Shown here piece after piece: positions 38,773-49,181 of a stretch of 64,000 nucleotides of DNA; position 1 is the first letter of the stretch; each line of letters opens with the position of its first letter. Source of the DNA: an uncultured bacterium (GTDB lineage Bacteria; Zixibacteria; MSB-5A5; CAIYYT01); the NCBI GenBank assembly GCA_963726455.1, contig CAVSCK010000004.1:32001-96000 (forward strand). Reading direction: 5' to 3'. The notes below the pieces were generated by a model. It saw nothing but the letters and a program-made list of their open reading frames with translations. It searched no databases and was not told the origin of the DNA. The translations under genes were made by a program, and so were the position numbers.

Positions 38773-40611
38773 ATGGACCTAAAGCAGCTCGGTAAGTACG
38801 AAATCATTGATAAACTTGGTGAGGGGGGATTCGGCGCCGTCTATCTCGCCAATAATACGAGACTGAAGAAACGGGTGGCCTTGAAGGTGCTGCATCCGCA
38901 GGTAGCATCGGATGAAATGCTGGCCGCCTATTTCGAACGTGAAGCCCTGGCTCTGGCGCGCCTGGAGCATGCCAACATCGTGCGCGTTTATGACTACGAC
39001 CAGATCGACGGTGTCAGCTTCATCGTGATGGAGTTTATCGACGGCACGAATCTCGACAAGCTACTGCGCGATACCCGCAAGTTCTCGACCGAGGAAATTG
39101 TCTCGATGTTCCGGCAGTTGTTGTCGGCACTTGGGTATGCTCACGAGCATGGCGTGATTCATCGCGACGTCAAGCCGTCGAATATCATGCTGACGAACAA
39201 GGGCGAAGTCAAGATTACTGATTTCGGAATCGCCAAGGTTGCCGGGGGCGCTAAACTGACGCGCACCGGTACGGGAGCGGGATCGCTATTGTACATGTCG
39301 CCCGAGCAGATCAAAGGCGCCAACATTGACAACCGCAGTGATATCTACGCGACCGGTATCACTTTGTATCAGGTGGTCGCAGGGCGCACGCCGTTTGAGG
39401 CCGATTCCGATTATGAGATAATGACGGGCCATCTGGAAAAGCTGCCACCATCACCGTGTCAATTCAAGGGAGATATTCCGAAGGATCTTGAGCAGATCAT
39501 TCTCAAAGCGATCGAGAAGAAGCCGGAGAAGAGATACCAAGATGCGCAGGAAATGTCGGATGCGTTGGGAAACGTGAATCCAGCACCGACCAAAGTTCGC
39601 TCGGACGAATTTGCGCGGACAACCGCAATTCCGCGGCGTCCCAAAGCCGGCGCGTCGGGCAAGAAGATGCTAATTCCTGCACTGGCCCTATTGCTGGTTG
39701 TCGCCGTCGTCGCCGGCTGGCTCTTGACACGAGGGGGGAAAAAGGAGGAGGCAGTCAAGCCGACGCAGCAAACGTTCGCGGATTCGCTGACGACAGCGAA
39801 GACTCTCTTCAGTCAAAAGGATTTCTCCGGCGCCGCGTCTGTTCTTTCAGTGCTACAATTGTCGGCGAGCGCTGACCAAACGACGAAGGGCGATATCCTT
39901 CAGTATCTCGCAGCGTCGCGACTGATGTTGGGAGATTCGGTTGAGGCCAAAGCAATTTTCTCGGAATTAAGGCAATTGAATCCGTCGACTTCATTTTCGC
40001 CCGACAAGTTTGGTTCGGTGGCGGCAGAATCATGGAAGCGATTCGTCAGTCCCCCTTTAGTCGCGCAAAGCAACACGCAAACGATCAAGTCAAACGAAGG
40101 CGGCAGCCAGAAGCCGACTACCCAAAATGAAGGCACGACAACGCCTTCCGCCGGGAGTCTGTCGGTGACGGTGACTAACTGGAAAATCTTTGAACCGGTA
40201 GTGGTTATAATCGACGGGAAACGTGAGGATTATGCCGGCAATCCGCTGGTGTTTGCCAATGTTAGTGGTGGGACACATGAGGTAGGTATGGTTACCGATT
40301 TAGGGACGCTGACCGACCAGGTTCAGGTCGGGAGTGACAAAACGGAATATACATTCAATCCCAGCGATCATTTGACCAGCAAGCTGACGGTGACGTCGCT
40401 GGTGGCCAACGATCCCAACGATATCGTTTCCGCCCAGGTGTATATCGACAACGTCAAGATCGAGGACGGGCAGACGCCCTTCAATACCAGACTAATGAGC
40501 GGTCCGCACAAAGTCTGGGTTGACGACAAGAACTACCGTACCGATGGTAAACCGAAATTCGTGGATCTCGACAAGGACAAAGAGGTTGAATTCGTCCTCA
40601 GGAAAAGATGA
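38773..40611 (+). CDS. Membrane Hanks-type Ser/Thr kinase with periplasmic TPR-like and PEGA-like domains
   Basis: GEGGFG.V, VALK, HRDVKPSN, DFG, YMSPEQ and D.Y..G motifs; one TM helix; C-terminal VYID.....GQTP PEGA-like repeat. Confidence 0.93.
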   Translation: MDLKQLGKYEIIDKLGEGGFGAVYLANNTRLKKRVALKVLHPQVASDEMLAAYFEREALALARLEHANIVRVYDYDQIDGVSFIVMEFIDGTNLDKLLRDTRKFSTEEIVSMFRQLLSALGYAHEHGVIHRDVKPSNIMLTNKGEVKITDFGIAKVAGGAKLTRTGTGAGSLLYMSPEQIKGANIDNRSDIYATGITLYQVVAGRTPFEADSDYEIMTGHLEKLPPSPCQFKGDIPKDLEQIILKAIEKKPEKRYQDAQEMSDALGNVNPAPTKVRSDEFARTTAIPRRPKAGASGKKMLIPALALLLVVAVVAGWLLTRGGKKEEAVKPTQQTFADSLTTAKTLFSQKDFSGAASVLSVLQLSASADQTTKGDILQYLAASRLMLGDSVEAKAIFSELRQLNPSTSFSPDKFGSVAAESWKRFVSPPLVAQSNTQTIKSNEGGSQKPTTQNEGTTTPSAGSLSVTVTNWKIFEPVVVIIDGKREDYAGNPLVFANVSGGTHEVGMVTDLGTLTDQVQVGSDKTEYTFNPSDHLTSKLTVTSLVANDPNDIVSAQVYIDNVKIEDGQTPFNTRLMSGPHKVWVDDKNYRTDGKPKFVDLDKDKEVEFVLRKR

Positions 40612-40664
40612 AAAGATTTGCGGTCAAAATAGAATAATAGTAGCTTTACTTAAAGGAGTGGATT

Positions 40665-41672
40665 ATGAGAGCTATCATCATATCCTTGTTAGCGTGCCTG
40701 CTGCTGACGACATCGTTGTTGGCACAAGGCAATAGCGCTGATGAGATCAAAAACATCGGTGAACTTTATCGCCAGGGGAAATTTTCTGATGCCGTGATCA
40801 AAGCCACGGCGGTGCTGGCCAAGCCGGGACTCACGCAAAGTGACAGTCTGCAAACCATCCGCTGGCTGGCACGGGCGGCGGCACAGAATAATCAGGCCGA
40901 TCTGTCGCAACAGTATTTGGCGATACTGGTAAAGATGGATCCGAACACCGATTTCGATGGTGACAAGGAACCGGCTCGTTTTGCCAAGGTCTGGTTCAAG
41001 TTCATCGGCGACACCAAATACACTCCGGGTGAAAGACAGAGTAAGCTGGGCGTCGCTGTTGTTGAATTCGACAACGGTTCGTTTGAGGATGCGGACAAGG
41101 TGAAGAATGCCGGCATCGGTATAGCCGCCATGATTCGCTACGACCTGGAATCCTCCGGCGCAGTGTATTCGCCTTCGCGCGAGCATTTCAATTATCTGTT
41201 GGACGAACTGAAATTGTCGCAGACCGACATGGTTGACAAGGATCAGAAGGTGCAAGTTGGCAAGGTGATCGGCGCCAAGAATTTTATTTTCGGCACGTTC
41301 TTTAACATGCCGGGCAACAAGTTTCGTATTGACGCGCGCATAATCGAGACCGAGACCACTTTGCCCAAGCAGCAGTTTTCGGTGGAGGGCAAAGCGGGAG
41401 ATATCGGCAAGCTCACGGTAGAATTGACCAAGAAGATTCTGGCTTACTTCAATGTCCAGGCCGATGCCATCAAGAAGGCGGGCGCCAATATTCCGAACGT
41501 CAACCTGGCGGCGCTGATCGAATATTCGAAGGGTGTTGCTTACGAAGACAAGGGACAGATGGATCTGGCAAAGAAGGCGTATTCCGAAGCCATTAAGATA
41601 TCGCCAAGCTTCGCGCTGGCGTCTGATCGTCAGCAACGTGTCGAATTGGAGCAAAAGTCAAGCAACGAATGA
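40665..41672 (+). CDS. Periplasmic TPR + CsgG/FlgO-like protein
   Basis: Signal peptide, TPR helices, AVVEFDN, R.....LL.EL.LSQ......QVGK.IGA...IFG, RIDARII..ET, C-terminal TPR. Confidence 0.75.
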   Translation: MRAIIISLLACLLLTTSLLAQGNSADEIKNIGELYRQGKFSDAVIKATAVLAKPGLTQSDSLQTIRWLARAAAQNNQADLSQQYLAILVKMDPNTDFDGDKEPARFAKVWFKFIGDTKYTPGERQSKLGVAVVEFDNGSFEDADKVKNAGIGIAAMIRYDLESSGAVYSPSREHFNYLLDELKLSQTDMVDKDQKVQVGKVIGAKNFIFGTFFNMPGNKFRIDARIIETETTLPKQQFSVEGKAGDIGKLTVELTKKILAYFNVQADAIKKAGANIPNVNLAALIEYSKGVAYEDKGQMDLAKKAYSEAIKISPSFALASDRQQRVELEQKSSNE

Positions 41673-43054
41673 TTGCTAAGGAACGGCAACATCATTTATC
41701 ACAGGACGAGATGAAACGCAGTTCTTCTCACGAGCGAGGTGTGTTCTGCGGATTTTCCGGGAAGCTGCCGGCCATGATCATCGCAGGTTTGTTCGCGATC
41801 GCGTTATTGGTGCAGACGGCGCCGGCGCAGAATGTCACTCCCGCCAAGAAGAGTGCGAGCGAACAGGCCATTGACAAGTACAAGGCGCAACTTGAGAAAT
41901 CGCCTAACAAGCCCGAACTCTGGCGGAAACTCGGCATCAGCTATTTTCAGGCCCAACGCAGCGACGAGGCGCTGACGGCTTTTGACAAGGCAAGCTCTCT
42001 GGACGCAAACGACGCGACCTCCGTTGTCTATCGTGGCATGATCAACGAGCAGAAGGGGAATCTGGATCAGGCGCTGAACTTGTATCGAAGTTACCTCGCT
42101 TTCAACAAACAGGATCGCCTGTCGCAGGAAATCAAGTACCGCGTGCGCTGGCTTGAAGACAACCAACTCAAGCAATTGGTCGATCAGGCGGTTGCCAACG
42201 AGAAGAAAGTTCAGATCGCCGACATTCCGAAGAACAGCATAGCGATAGTACGCTTCAACGTCGATTCCCTGTCATCACAACTCAGACCACTCGGGCGAGG
42301 ATTGGCGGAACTGATTTACACTGATCTTTCGTACGTCCCAGAACTCAAACTCGTCGAGCGTTTGGAACTGGCGCGCCTGCAACAGGAACTTGATCTCAAC
42401 CAGTCGCAGTTCTCAGACAAGCTTTACGCTCCCCGGCTAGGCAAGATAGTCGGCGCAGCCAAGATCGTTACCGGACAAGTGAGCGAATTGGATGCTGAAC
42501 GGATCGGTGTTGATTGCGGAATTGTCGATGTCGGCCCCGGGCTGTCGGAATATCCTGGCCGCCAGGAAGGCAAGATGGCCAGTATCTTCGCGATGGAGAA
42601 GAATCTGGCGCTATCGATTATCAAGACCCTTGGTTACGAAATCACACCGGCGATCAAGAACCAAATCGACAAATCGCCCACAGAATCATTCCTGGCGCTG
42701 CTGGCTTATTCGCGAGGACTGGATTACGCCGATCAGGGGCTCTATCCATTAGCGGCAGAAGAATTCAAAGCCGCGCTGGTAGATGATCCGGGTTTTGCCG
42801 CGGCGAAGCAGCAACTCAATCAGGTTTCGGGCCTGGCGAATTATAACGGTACTCTGAAACCAATCGCTCAGATAACGGGGCTCATGGATCAGAAGAATGC
42901 GACGGACGATCTCAAGGTGAACAACATGGCTGAGATCATCGGGCGTCTCCAGAATGTGACACGCGGGGTTATCCCTCCGGGGGATGTACCATACCTGACG
43001 CCGCAAGAATCCCGGGGCAGAGTGATAGTCACCGGAAGGACGGAACCCCAATGA
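41669..43054 (+). CDS. TPR + CsgG/HfaB-like protein
   Basis: Several TPRs, then NSIAIV.F, GLAELI.TDL..V..L.LVER..L..L..EL.L, RLGK.VGA..IV.G; ATGA overlap with the upstream gene. Confidence 0.8.
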   Translation: MIAKERQHHLSQDEMKRSSSHERGVFCGFSGKLPAMIIAGLFAIALLVQTAPAQNVTPAKKSASEQAIDKYKAQLEKSPNKPELWRKLGISYFQAQRSDEALTAFDKASSLDANDATSVVYRGMINEQKGNLDQALNLYRSYLAFNKQDRLSQEIKYRVRWLEDNQLKQLVDQAVANEKKVQIADIPKNSIAIVRFNVDSLSSQLRPLGRGLAELIYTDLSYVPELKLVERLELARLQQELDLNQSQFSDKLYAPRLGKIVGAAKIVTGQVSELDAERIGVDCGIVDVGPGLSEYPGRQEGKMASIFAMEKNLALSIIKTLGYEITPAIKNQIDKSPTESFLALLAYSRGLDYADQGLYPLAAEEFKAALVDDPGFAAAKQQLNQVSGLANYNGTLKPIAQITGLMDQKNATDDLKVNNMAEIIGRLQNVTRGVIPPGDVPYLTPQESRGRVIVTGRTEPQ

Positions 43055-44208
43055 TGCGGTCACCGGCTGTCATACTCATGACCGTGGTCTTCGCATTGGC
43101 CGCGTTTGATGGTGCTTCAGCGCAGATCATCTACGGCACGCCTGCGAGTTTCAGTGATCAAATCATATATCAAAACTGGAAATTGACCGCCGGTTCCGGA
43201 GGAAAAGATACTACGGTCTCACAGATCGTGATGCCGTTGAGAGTCTATGTGCCGATTGCCCCGCACTGGGAAATGCACTTCAACGGCGCTGTCAGCAACT
43301 CGAAACTAAACAATGCACGGACTTCCACGAGTGTTTCATCTGCCGGCCTTTCGACGGTACAGGTTTATCGCGCTTTCGCGAAGGACCGCCTTTATGCAGC
43401 CGCCGGGTTGGTGCTTCCGACGGGAAAGACCGGGTACGATACGTTGCAGCTTCCCGTGGCGCAAATCATCGCCAATGACTATCTCAACATCCCGCTGAAG
43501 CAACTTGGCGGCGGATTCGGAATGACAATTCAGACCGGCGGTGCTACGCAATACAACTGGCTCCTGTATGGGGGCTCGGTCGGATACACATACACGGGCA
43601 GCTATACATATCTGTCCGGCGGTGACAAATATAATCCAGGTGATGAGATAGTTGTTCAGGGTTCGGCCACCGCCGTCGGCAGAGTAACCAGTCTCGATGT
43701 GGATGTGTCCTACAAATACTACACGGCCGACAAGGTCGGTTCGAATCAGATTTTCAAAGCCGGTGGTGTGGCCAGCGTGGTCATGACCGGCAGGTACGAT
43801 TTTGGTGTCGGCCGAGCCAGTCTGTCGTTAGCAGAAATAGTGCGCAGCAAGAACTCGCTACAATTTGGAAACGCGCTGCGAGCCGACAGCGCCAAGGCCA
43901 ACGGAAACAAGTCAATTGTGGCGGGTACCATCAGCTACGAGTTCGTACCGCAGTGGAGTTTTTCACTGCTGGCTGATTATCGCTTGCTGGCTGCCAACGG
44001 ATATCGCACGACGTCGGAGAAGTACTTCGGCAAGTCGGATTTGTTCAGTTTCGGCGGCGGCTTGGAATACCACGACGCGAGCGACCGATTCTCATTGACG
44101 GGCAAAGCGGTCTACAGCACCGGTGAGGCGAACAAGGACAATGTTAACAGCAGCAGTATCTCGATCTCTGGCTTCGAATTTTCGGTGGGAGGCAGGGTAC
44201 GACTGTGA
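43051..44208 (+). CDS. Putative outer-membrane beta-barrel protein
   Basis: Signal peptide, alternating beta-strand pattern, LPTGK and YNPGDE motifs, C-terminal FEFSVGGRVRL; ATGA overlap. Confidence 0.7.
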   Translation: MMRSPAVILMTVVFALAAFDGASAQIIYGTPASFSDQIIYQNWKLTAGSGGKDTTVSQIVMPLRVYVPIAPHWEMHFNGAVSNSKLNNARTSTSVSSAGLSTVQVYRAFAKDRLYAAAGLVLPTGKTGYDTLQLPVAQIIANDYLNIPLKQLGGGFGMTIQTGGATQYNWLLYGGSVGYTYTGSYTYLSGGDKYNPGDEIVVQGSATAVGRVTSLDVDVSYKYYTADKVGSNQIFKAGGVASVVMTGRYDFGVGRASLSLAEIVRSKNSLQFGNALRADSAKANGNKSIVAGTISYEFVPQWSFSLLADYRLLAANGYRTTSEKYFGKSDLFSFGGGLEYHDASDRFSLTGKAVYSTGEANKDNVNSSSISISGFEFSVGGRVRL

Positions 44209-45017
44209 GTCGAATCGCGAAATTCATAGGTCTGTCAGCAATTGCGGCGATCATCGTTGTCGGTGGCTGCGCCACGAAACCGGTCGCACCTGCAAATGGC
44301 CAGCAGGTCGCGATTTCAACGTCCCTGAAGCAACTTGGAGTCGGCAGCGAAGTCTCGCGCGTGTCTCTGACGGTCAGGGGAAGTGATTTTCCAAGCGCCA
44401 GCCAGGATTTGACTCTGACAAACGGCGCGGTGCGCGCCGAAATTGATGTGCCGTTTGGAACGAACAGGATATTCGAACTGACCGCTTATGACGGCGAGAC
44501 CGTGCTTTACTTCGGGGCGGACACGGCTGATGTCAGTGCCGGAGTGGTGACGGAAGTTTTCGTCTACCTGCGGCCACAAGTTCCGATGATCAAGATCAGC
44601 CCTTTATACAGCAGCAGAAACAATCCCGGACTCAATGGTACTTTCAATGTCGAAGTTCACAATATTGACTCCCTGTTTGGCATTTCGTTCCGGCTGGAGG
44701 TCGATACTTCGATTATCCAGTTCACCAGTGCCGAGGCGGGCGATTTCCTTGGCAGCGCCGAGAACACCTTATTCTTCGTGCAGACATACCCGCAGTACCT
44801 TGCCGTTGGCTATACGCTCAGAGGCAATCGCGAACCACAAGGAGTGAGCGGATCGGGCACGGTGGCCAATGTGTTTTATAATGCCAGAAGAGTTGGGAGG
44901 ACCGCCGTGACGATCAATCCCGCCTACTTGAGGTTGATTGATTGGCAGGGCAACCCGCTGCCGCGCCAGGGCCGGATATATATCGAGAGTGGGGAGGTGG
45001 AAGTCCTTGCGCAATAA
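44205..45017 (+). CDS. Lipoprotein with C-terminal cohesin-like domain
   Basis: Lipobox VGGC; F.VEV.N..SLFG.SF.L..D...I.F.....GDFL...GVSGSGT.A.V.F pattern; GTGA overlap. Confidence 0.75.
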   Translation: MSRIAKFIGLSAIAAIIVVGGCATKPVAPANGQQVAISTSLKQLGVGSEVSRVSLTVRGSDFPSASQDLTLTNGAVRAEIDVPFGTNRIFELTAYDGETVLYFGADTADVSAGVVTEVFVYLRPQVPMIKISPLYSSRNNPGLNGTFNVEVHNIDSLFGISFRLEVDTSIIQFTSAEAGDFLGSAENTLFFVQTYPQYLAVGYTLRGNREPQGVSGSGTVANVFYNARRVGRTAVTINPAYLRLIDWQGNPLPRQGRIYIESGEVEVLAQ

Positions 45018-48000
45018 TTGGAGATTAACAGGACTGCTGTTTTTGTGTCTTGCCGTGTCGAGTGTACCGGTTGCACAGGGGAGGATCTTCTGGGTCGCCA
45101 ACGGTGGCTCCAATACCAACCCGGGTACTGAGCTACTCCCTCTAGCGACAATCAGTCACGCGGTATCAACCATTTCTCCGGGCGGCGGAATCGACACTGT
45201 GACGGTGAAGCCGGGACTATATTCTGATTCGGTAACGTTTGGCACACTTGCAGTAGTACTGATGAGCTCCAAAGGTGCCAAGGAGACAGTGATCAACGGC
45301 GCAAATCATAACGTTCCGGTTGTCTTCAATGCCGGTACACCGACGTCAACATCGTTGAACGGCTTCACGGTCAGAGGTGGAAAGGTGTCGGGCATCGCAG
45401 TGGTTGGCACTTTCTTTCCAGCCACGAATGGCACAACCCCGTCATCGCCCGAAATCAAGAATTGCATCATTCGCCGGAACGGTGGCAAATCGGCCTTCAA
45501 CGGCGCCGGAATATCACTGCGCTATTCGCAGGCCAGTTTGCACAACAATCTGATTGATTCCAACTATTCCATGAACAATGGCGCCGGAATCCATTCTTAC
45601 TATAGCGCACCGAAAATCTGGAGCAATCGTATCGAAAATAATGCCGTCACCAGCGAAGGCGGAGGCGGCGGAATGTATATCGTTGGGTTGATCGATACCC
45701 TGGCGAAGACGTTGATTCAGAACAATCTGTTCATTCGAAACCGCGCGGTCAATTACGGCGGAGGAATAGCAGTTAATGCCGACAGCGTATATTTCCTCAA
45801 CAATCTGGTGTATGGCAATTCCATCACAACCCCCAGTTACAGCGGCGGGATTCAGATCGACTATAGCACGATAGTGCTCCGCAACAATATCATAGCGGGT
45901 AACAACCCCTATGGCGTCGAATGTTATGGCGGCCCCATTTTTGAAAACAACAGCTTCTACGGCAATCTTCCGGCTGACCAACTGTCGATAATGTGTTATC
46001 TCGACAACACCAACCGTATCGGGATCAACCCAACGTTCGTCGATACTCTAGCAGGGGATTTTCACCTTAAGCAGACTTCGCCTTTGATTCACGCCGGATC
46101 GCCGAAAATTACAGAGGGAGTGAATGTTGATTTCGATGGTTTTCCGCGAGCAACGGCGGGGCAGATTGATATTGGACCTTACGAACAAACGATATGTGAT
46201 ATGATACCCGGCTTCTCGGCGCCGGCTTCAGCTTGTACCGGCCAGAAGGTAACACTGGGGAACACGTCTGCCGGTCACTATACCATGGCGATCTGGGATT
46301 TTGGCAACTCTGTCGTTGATACATTTATGAATGTCGATCCAACCCAACCGCCGATTTCGCCTACCATCGTATACCCGACTCCGGGCGACTACGCTCTTAA
46401 GCTCAAGCTCATCTGTCCCTATGACACTGCTGTCACGCTGGCAAGGACAATTGCGATTGTCAACAAACCGGTACCGGGATTCACCGTCGACACAAGTCAG
46501 GGATGTTCGCCATTGACAGTGCAGTTCATCAACACTACCACCGGTCTGGAGCACACCGATACCTGGTACTTCGGCGATGGCATGACATCAACAGAAGTTA
46601 ACCCGTTACACATTTATGCCGAGGCGGGGATATTCACTGCGAAACTCGTGTCAGCAAATACCTGCGGTATAGATTCAGTCCAGCATACCATTACTGTTCA
46701 AACGGGATCGCGAGCGACAATTGCCGCTGATATCACGCGCGGCAGCCCGGTCCTGACAGTTACGTTCACCGGCAGTGCGACCAACAGCCCGACCGGATGG
46801 CTGTGGAATTTCGGAGACGGAGGCACGGCGACGACGCAGGTTGCCTCTCACAACTATCAGGATGCAGGTATCTTTGACGTTAGCCTGGCGGCAACAAACG
46901 CCTGTGGGACGGGAACTCCGGAAGTGCGCACCGGCTTGATAACGGTGTATGGATTTATCCTGAATCAGGCATCTTTCGACACCACCAACCGTTTCCAGCA
47001 GAAATTCACGGCGAAAATTGACTCATTGTATGGCTTCTTCAACCGCAATATCAATTTCACGGCGACGACCTCGCCGCCACCGACTCGGGGATCGATTGGT
47101 GTGACACTTAATCGCACTACCGCCAGTTTGCTGGACAGCGTCACTGCGACCGTCAGTCTGAGCCGTGATGTTCCCTCATCATCTTTCTACACCCTGCGGC
47201 TGATTGGACAGTCGGTGTCCAACCGTCCCGTTGATACGCTTTTCTGGCGATTCAACTCACACCCCGACACGTTGATCAAACTGTCGGCAGGAGCTATTGT
47301 TTTCGACTCAGTTCAGGTCGATACCTTTGCGATCGATTCTGTCAAGATCACCAATACATCGGGAATCCAGAATCCGTTGAATCTCCGGGTGCTGGACGTT
47401 ACCAGCAGTGATCCCGTTTTTGTGCCGCTTGATACAGTTTCGGGAATCCTGCAGCCGAATGCGACGTTCTATGTCCACGTAAAATTTAGACCGTCGGCGG
47501 TCGGAGACAAATCGGGATTCCTGACGATTACCTCCGACGATCCGGCTCTGCCGAGTTTACTAGTGACGCTAAATGGGAAGGCAATACCCGAGCGTAAGCC
47601 ACCTTTGGTGTTGGCGACAGTGCCGGAGAGCAACGCGAATGCTGCTTTGATCGGAACGCCAATCGAGTTCGATATGTCGGATCAGATGGACCCGACCTCC
47701 GTCGTATCCGGCTCCGTGGTTGTGCATTCACGCCATGTAAACGCCGACCTGCTCGGTTCCGTGCGGTTGACGGGACAAACCAGAATTATATTCGTACCGC
47801 AACAGCGATTCCCCGGCTACGACACAATCAGTGTCAGACTGCTGGGCACTGTCCGGGACCTGGCAGGAAATACTCTTGATGCCAACGGTGACGGCAGGGG
47901 AGACGGTTCGCCGGCGGACGATTACATTTTCTCGTTCTTTACCGGACCGGCAGTTTTCCCGGGTGACTGCAACAATGACGGCGCTGTGAATGAAATGGAC

Positions 48001-48630
48001 GTTCTGCCGCTCGGAGTATTTTTCGGCGTGTACGGACCGCGACGCGATAGTCTTGGAGAAGAGACCGGCTGGGGGCCGAAACAGGCGGTTGAATGGAGTG
48101 ACAAGAGGGCCACGTATGCCGACGCTGACGGCAATGGCACCGTTAACGCCGAAGATCTGCTGATCATTGCTCTCAACTGGGGTGGTTCGCATTCCCCAAG
48201 CAGGCCTCTGTATCCGGACGATTTTGACTATCGCCTCTATGCGGATGGTCTGGCGAAGCTGGCAGCCACAGTTAAGCACATGGCTGGCACTCCGGCTGGC
48301 GATAATATTGTGCGAATCCTGAATACGTATACATCTTCGACTCAGATTCCCGAGCAGTATCAGTTATCGCAGAATCAGCCCAATCCGTTTAATCCGGTGA
48401 CCGTGATCGAATATTCTCTGCCGAAGGGCGGCGAAGTGAACCTGAGCATTTACAACATCCTCGGCCAAACAGTTAATGTGTTAGTTGATGAGTACAGGGA
48501 CGCCGGATATTACCGTGCAACGTGGGATGGCAGGGACCAATTTGGCAAAGAGATAGCGTCGGGAGTTTACTTCTACAAATTGACTGCAGATAGCTTCTCA
48601 CAAATCCGCAAGATGATCAAACTGCGGTAA
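45007..48630 (+). CDS. Large secreted protein: beta-helix, PKD repeats, Ig-like domains, dockerin-like, T9SS/FlgD CTD
   Basis: Start TTG 45007 after GGAGG; PbH/choice-of-anchor-Q-like region, three W.FG PKD repeats, ITSDDP Ig domain, DLAGN.LD, PGDCNNDG.VN..D...DADGNG.VN..D, QN.PNPFNP...RKMIKLR. Confidence 0.85.
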   Translation: MRNNWRLTGLLFLCLAVSSVPVAQGRIFWVANGGSNTNPGTELLPLATISHAVSTISPGGGIDTVTVKPGLYSDSVTFGTLAVVLMSSKGAKETVINGANHNVPVVFNAGTPTSTSLNGFTVRGGKVSGIAVVGTFFPATNGTTPSSPEIKNCIIRRNGGKSAFNGAGISLRYSQASLHNNLIDSNYSMNNGAGIHSYYSAPKIWSNRIENNAVTSEGGGGGMYIVGLIDTLAKTLIQNNLFIRNRAVNYGGGIAVNADSVYFLNNLVYGNSITTPSYSGGIQIDYSTIVLRNNIIAGNNPYGVECYGGPIFENNSFYGNLPADQLSIMCYLDNTNRIGINPTFVDTLAGDFHLKQTSPLIHAGSPKITEGVNVDFDGFPRATAGQIDIGPYEQTICDMIPGFSAPASACTGQKVTLGNTSAGHYTMAIWDFGNSVVDTFMNVDPTQPPISPTIVYPTPGDYALKLKLICPYDTAVTLARTIAIVNKPVPGFTVDTSQGCSPLTVQFINTTTGLEHTDTWYFGDGMTSTEVNPLHIYAEAGIFTAKLVSANTCGIDSVQHTITVQTGSRATIAADITRGSPVLTVTFTGSATNSPTGWLWNFGDGGTATTQVASHNYQDAGIFDVSLAATNACGTGTPEVRTGLITVYGFILNQASFDTTNRFQQKFTAKIDSLYGFFNRNINFTATTSPPPTRGSIGVTLNRTTASLLDSVTATVSLSRDVPSSSFYTLRLIGQSVSNRPVDTLFWRFNSHPDTLIKLSAGAIVFDSVQVDTFAIDSVKITNTSGIQNPLNLRVLDVTSSDPVFVPLDTVSGILQPNATFYVHVKFRPSAVGDKSGFLTITSDDPALPSLLVTLNGKAIPERKPPLVLATVPESNANAALIGTPIEFDMSDQMDPTSVVSGSVVVHSRHVNADLLGSVRLTGQTRIIFVPQQRFPGYDTISVRLLGTVRDLAGNTLDANGDGRGDGSPADDYIFSFFTGPAVFPGDCNNDGAVNEMDVLPLGVFFGVYGPRRDSLGEETGWGPKQAVEWSDKRATYADADGNGTVNAEDLLIIALNWGGSHSPSRPLYPDDFDYRLYADGLAKLAATVKHMAGTPAGDNIVRILNTYTSSTQIPEQYQLSQNQPNPFNPVTVIEYSLPKGGEVNLSIYNILGQTVNVLVDEYRDAGYYRATWDGRDQFGKEIASGVYFYKLTADSFSQIRKMIKLR

Positions 48631-48689
48631 AATTCGATCTAGAAGCTAATCGTCATTTCGCGTAAGTTCATATCACATCTAAATTTTAG

Positions 48690-48719
48690 TTGACAGGATT
48701 GCCTCCGGATAGGTATACT
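48690..48719 (+). promoter_or_regulatory. Putative sigma70 promoter giving a ~125-nt leader
   Basis: TTGACA-N18-TATACT. Confidence 0.55.
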
Positions 48720-48850
48720 TGGCTATCGGAATAAGTTCTTTCTGGGCGCAGAAGAACAGTGCACTAAGCTGACCAACCCGAACGAATGGAGCCATGTCGC
48801 TACTTAACGAAGCGTAAATCGTTAATCCATAAACCCGGATGGGGGGATTT

Positions 48851-49132
48851 ATGGAGGTCATCTTCAAAGACAAGATTCTGATCTGCGTCGAGTGCAAGGA
48901 AGAGTTTGTGTTCACTGCCAGCGCCCAAGAATATTTTGCGGAGAAAGGATACACGGAAGATCCAAAACGATGTAAGTCGTGCTACACGGATTTGAAGAAA
49001 GCCAAACGGCGCAGTGAACGGGAGACGCCCACGCGTGGCCATCTCGAAGCTGGGTTGCCGGGAGCGGAATTCAGTATCCCGGAAGGCGACGACTCGATCG
49101 GTAATTCCGCAAGAGATTCTGATTTCAAATGA
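48851..49132 (+). CDS. Zinc-ribbon (zf-trcl-like) small protein
   Basis: DK.L.CVEC..EFVFTA..QEYF.EKG....PKRCKSC. Confidence 0.85.
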   Translation: MEVIFKDKILICVECKEEFVFTASAQEYFAEKGYTEDPKRCKSCYTDLKKAKRRSERETPTRGHLEAGLPGAEFSIPEGDDSIGNSARDSDFK

Positions 49133-49134
49133 CG

Positions 49135-49163
49135 GGGTCCTGCAGGAGCATCGCAGGCCCCCA
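49135..49163. terminator. Hairpin between convergent genes
   Basis: GGGGTCCTGC...GCAGGCCCCC imperfect stem. Confidence 0.45.
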
Positions 49164-49181
49164 TCCTAATTAGCGATCCTA

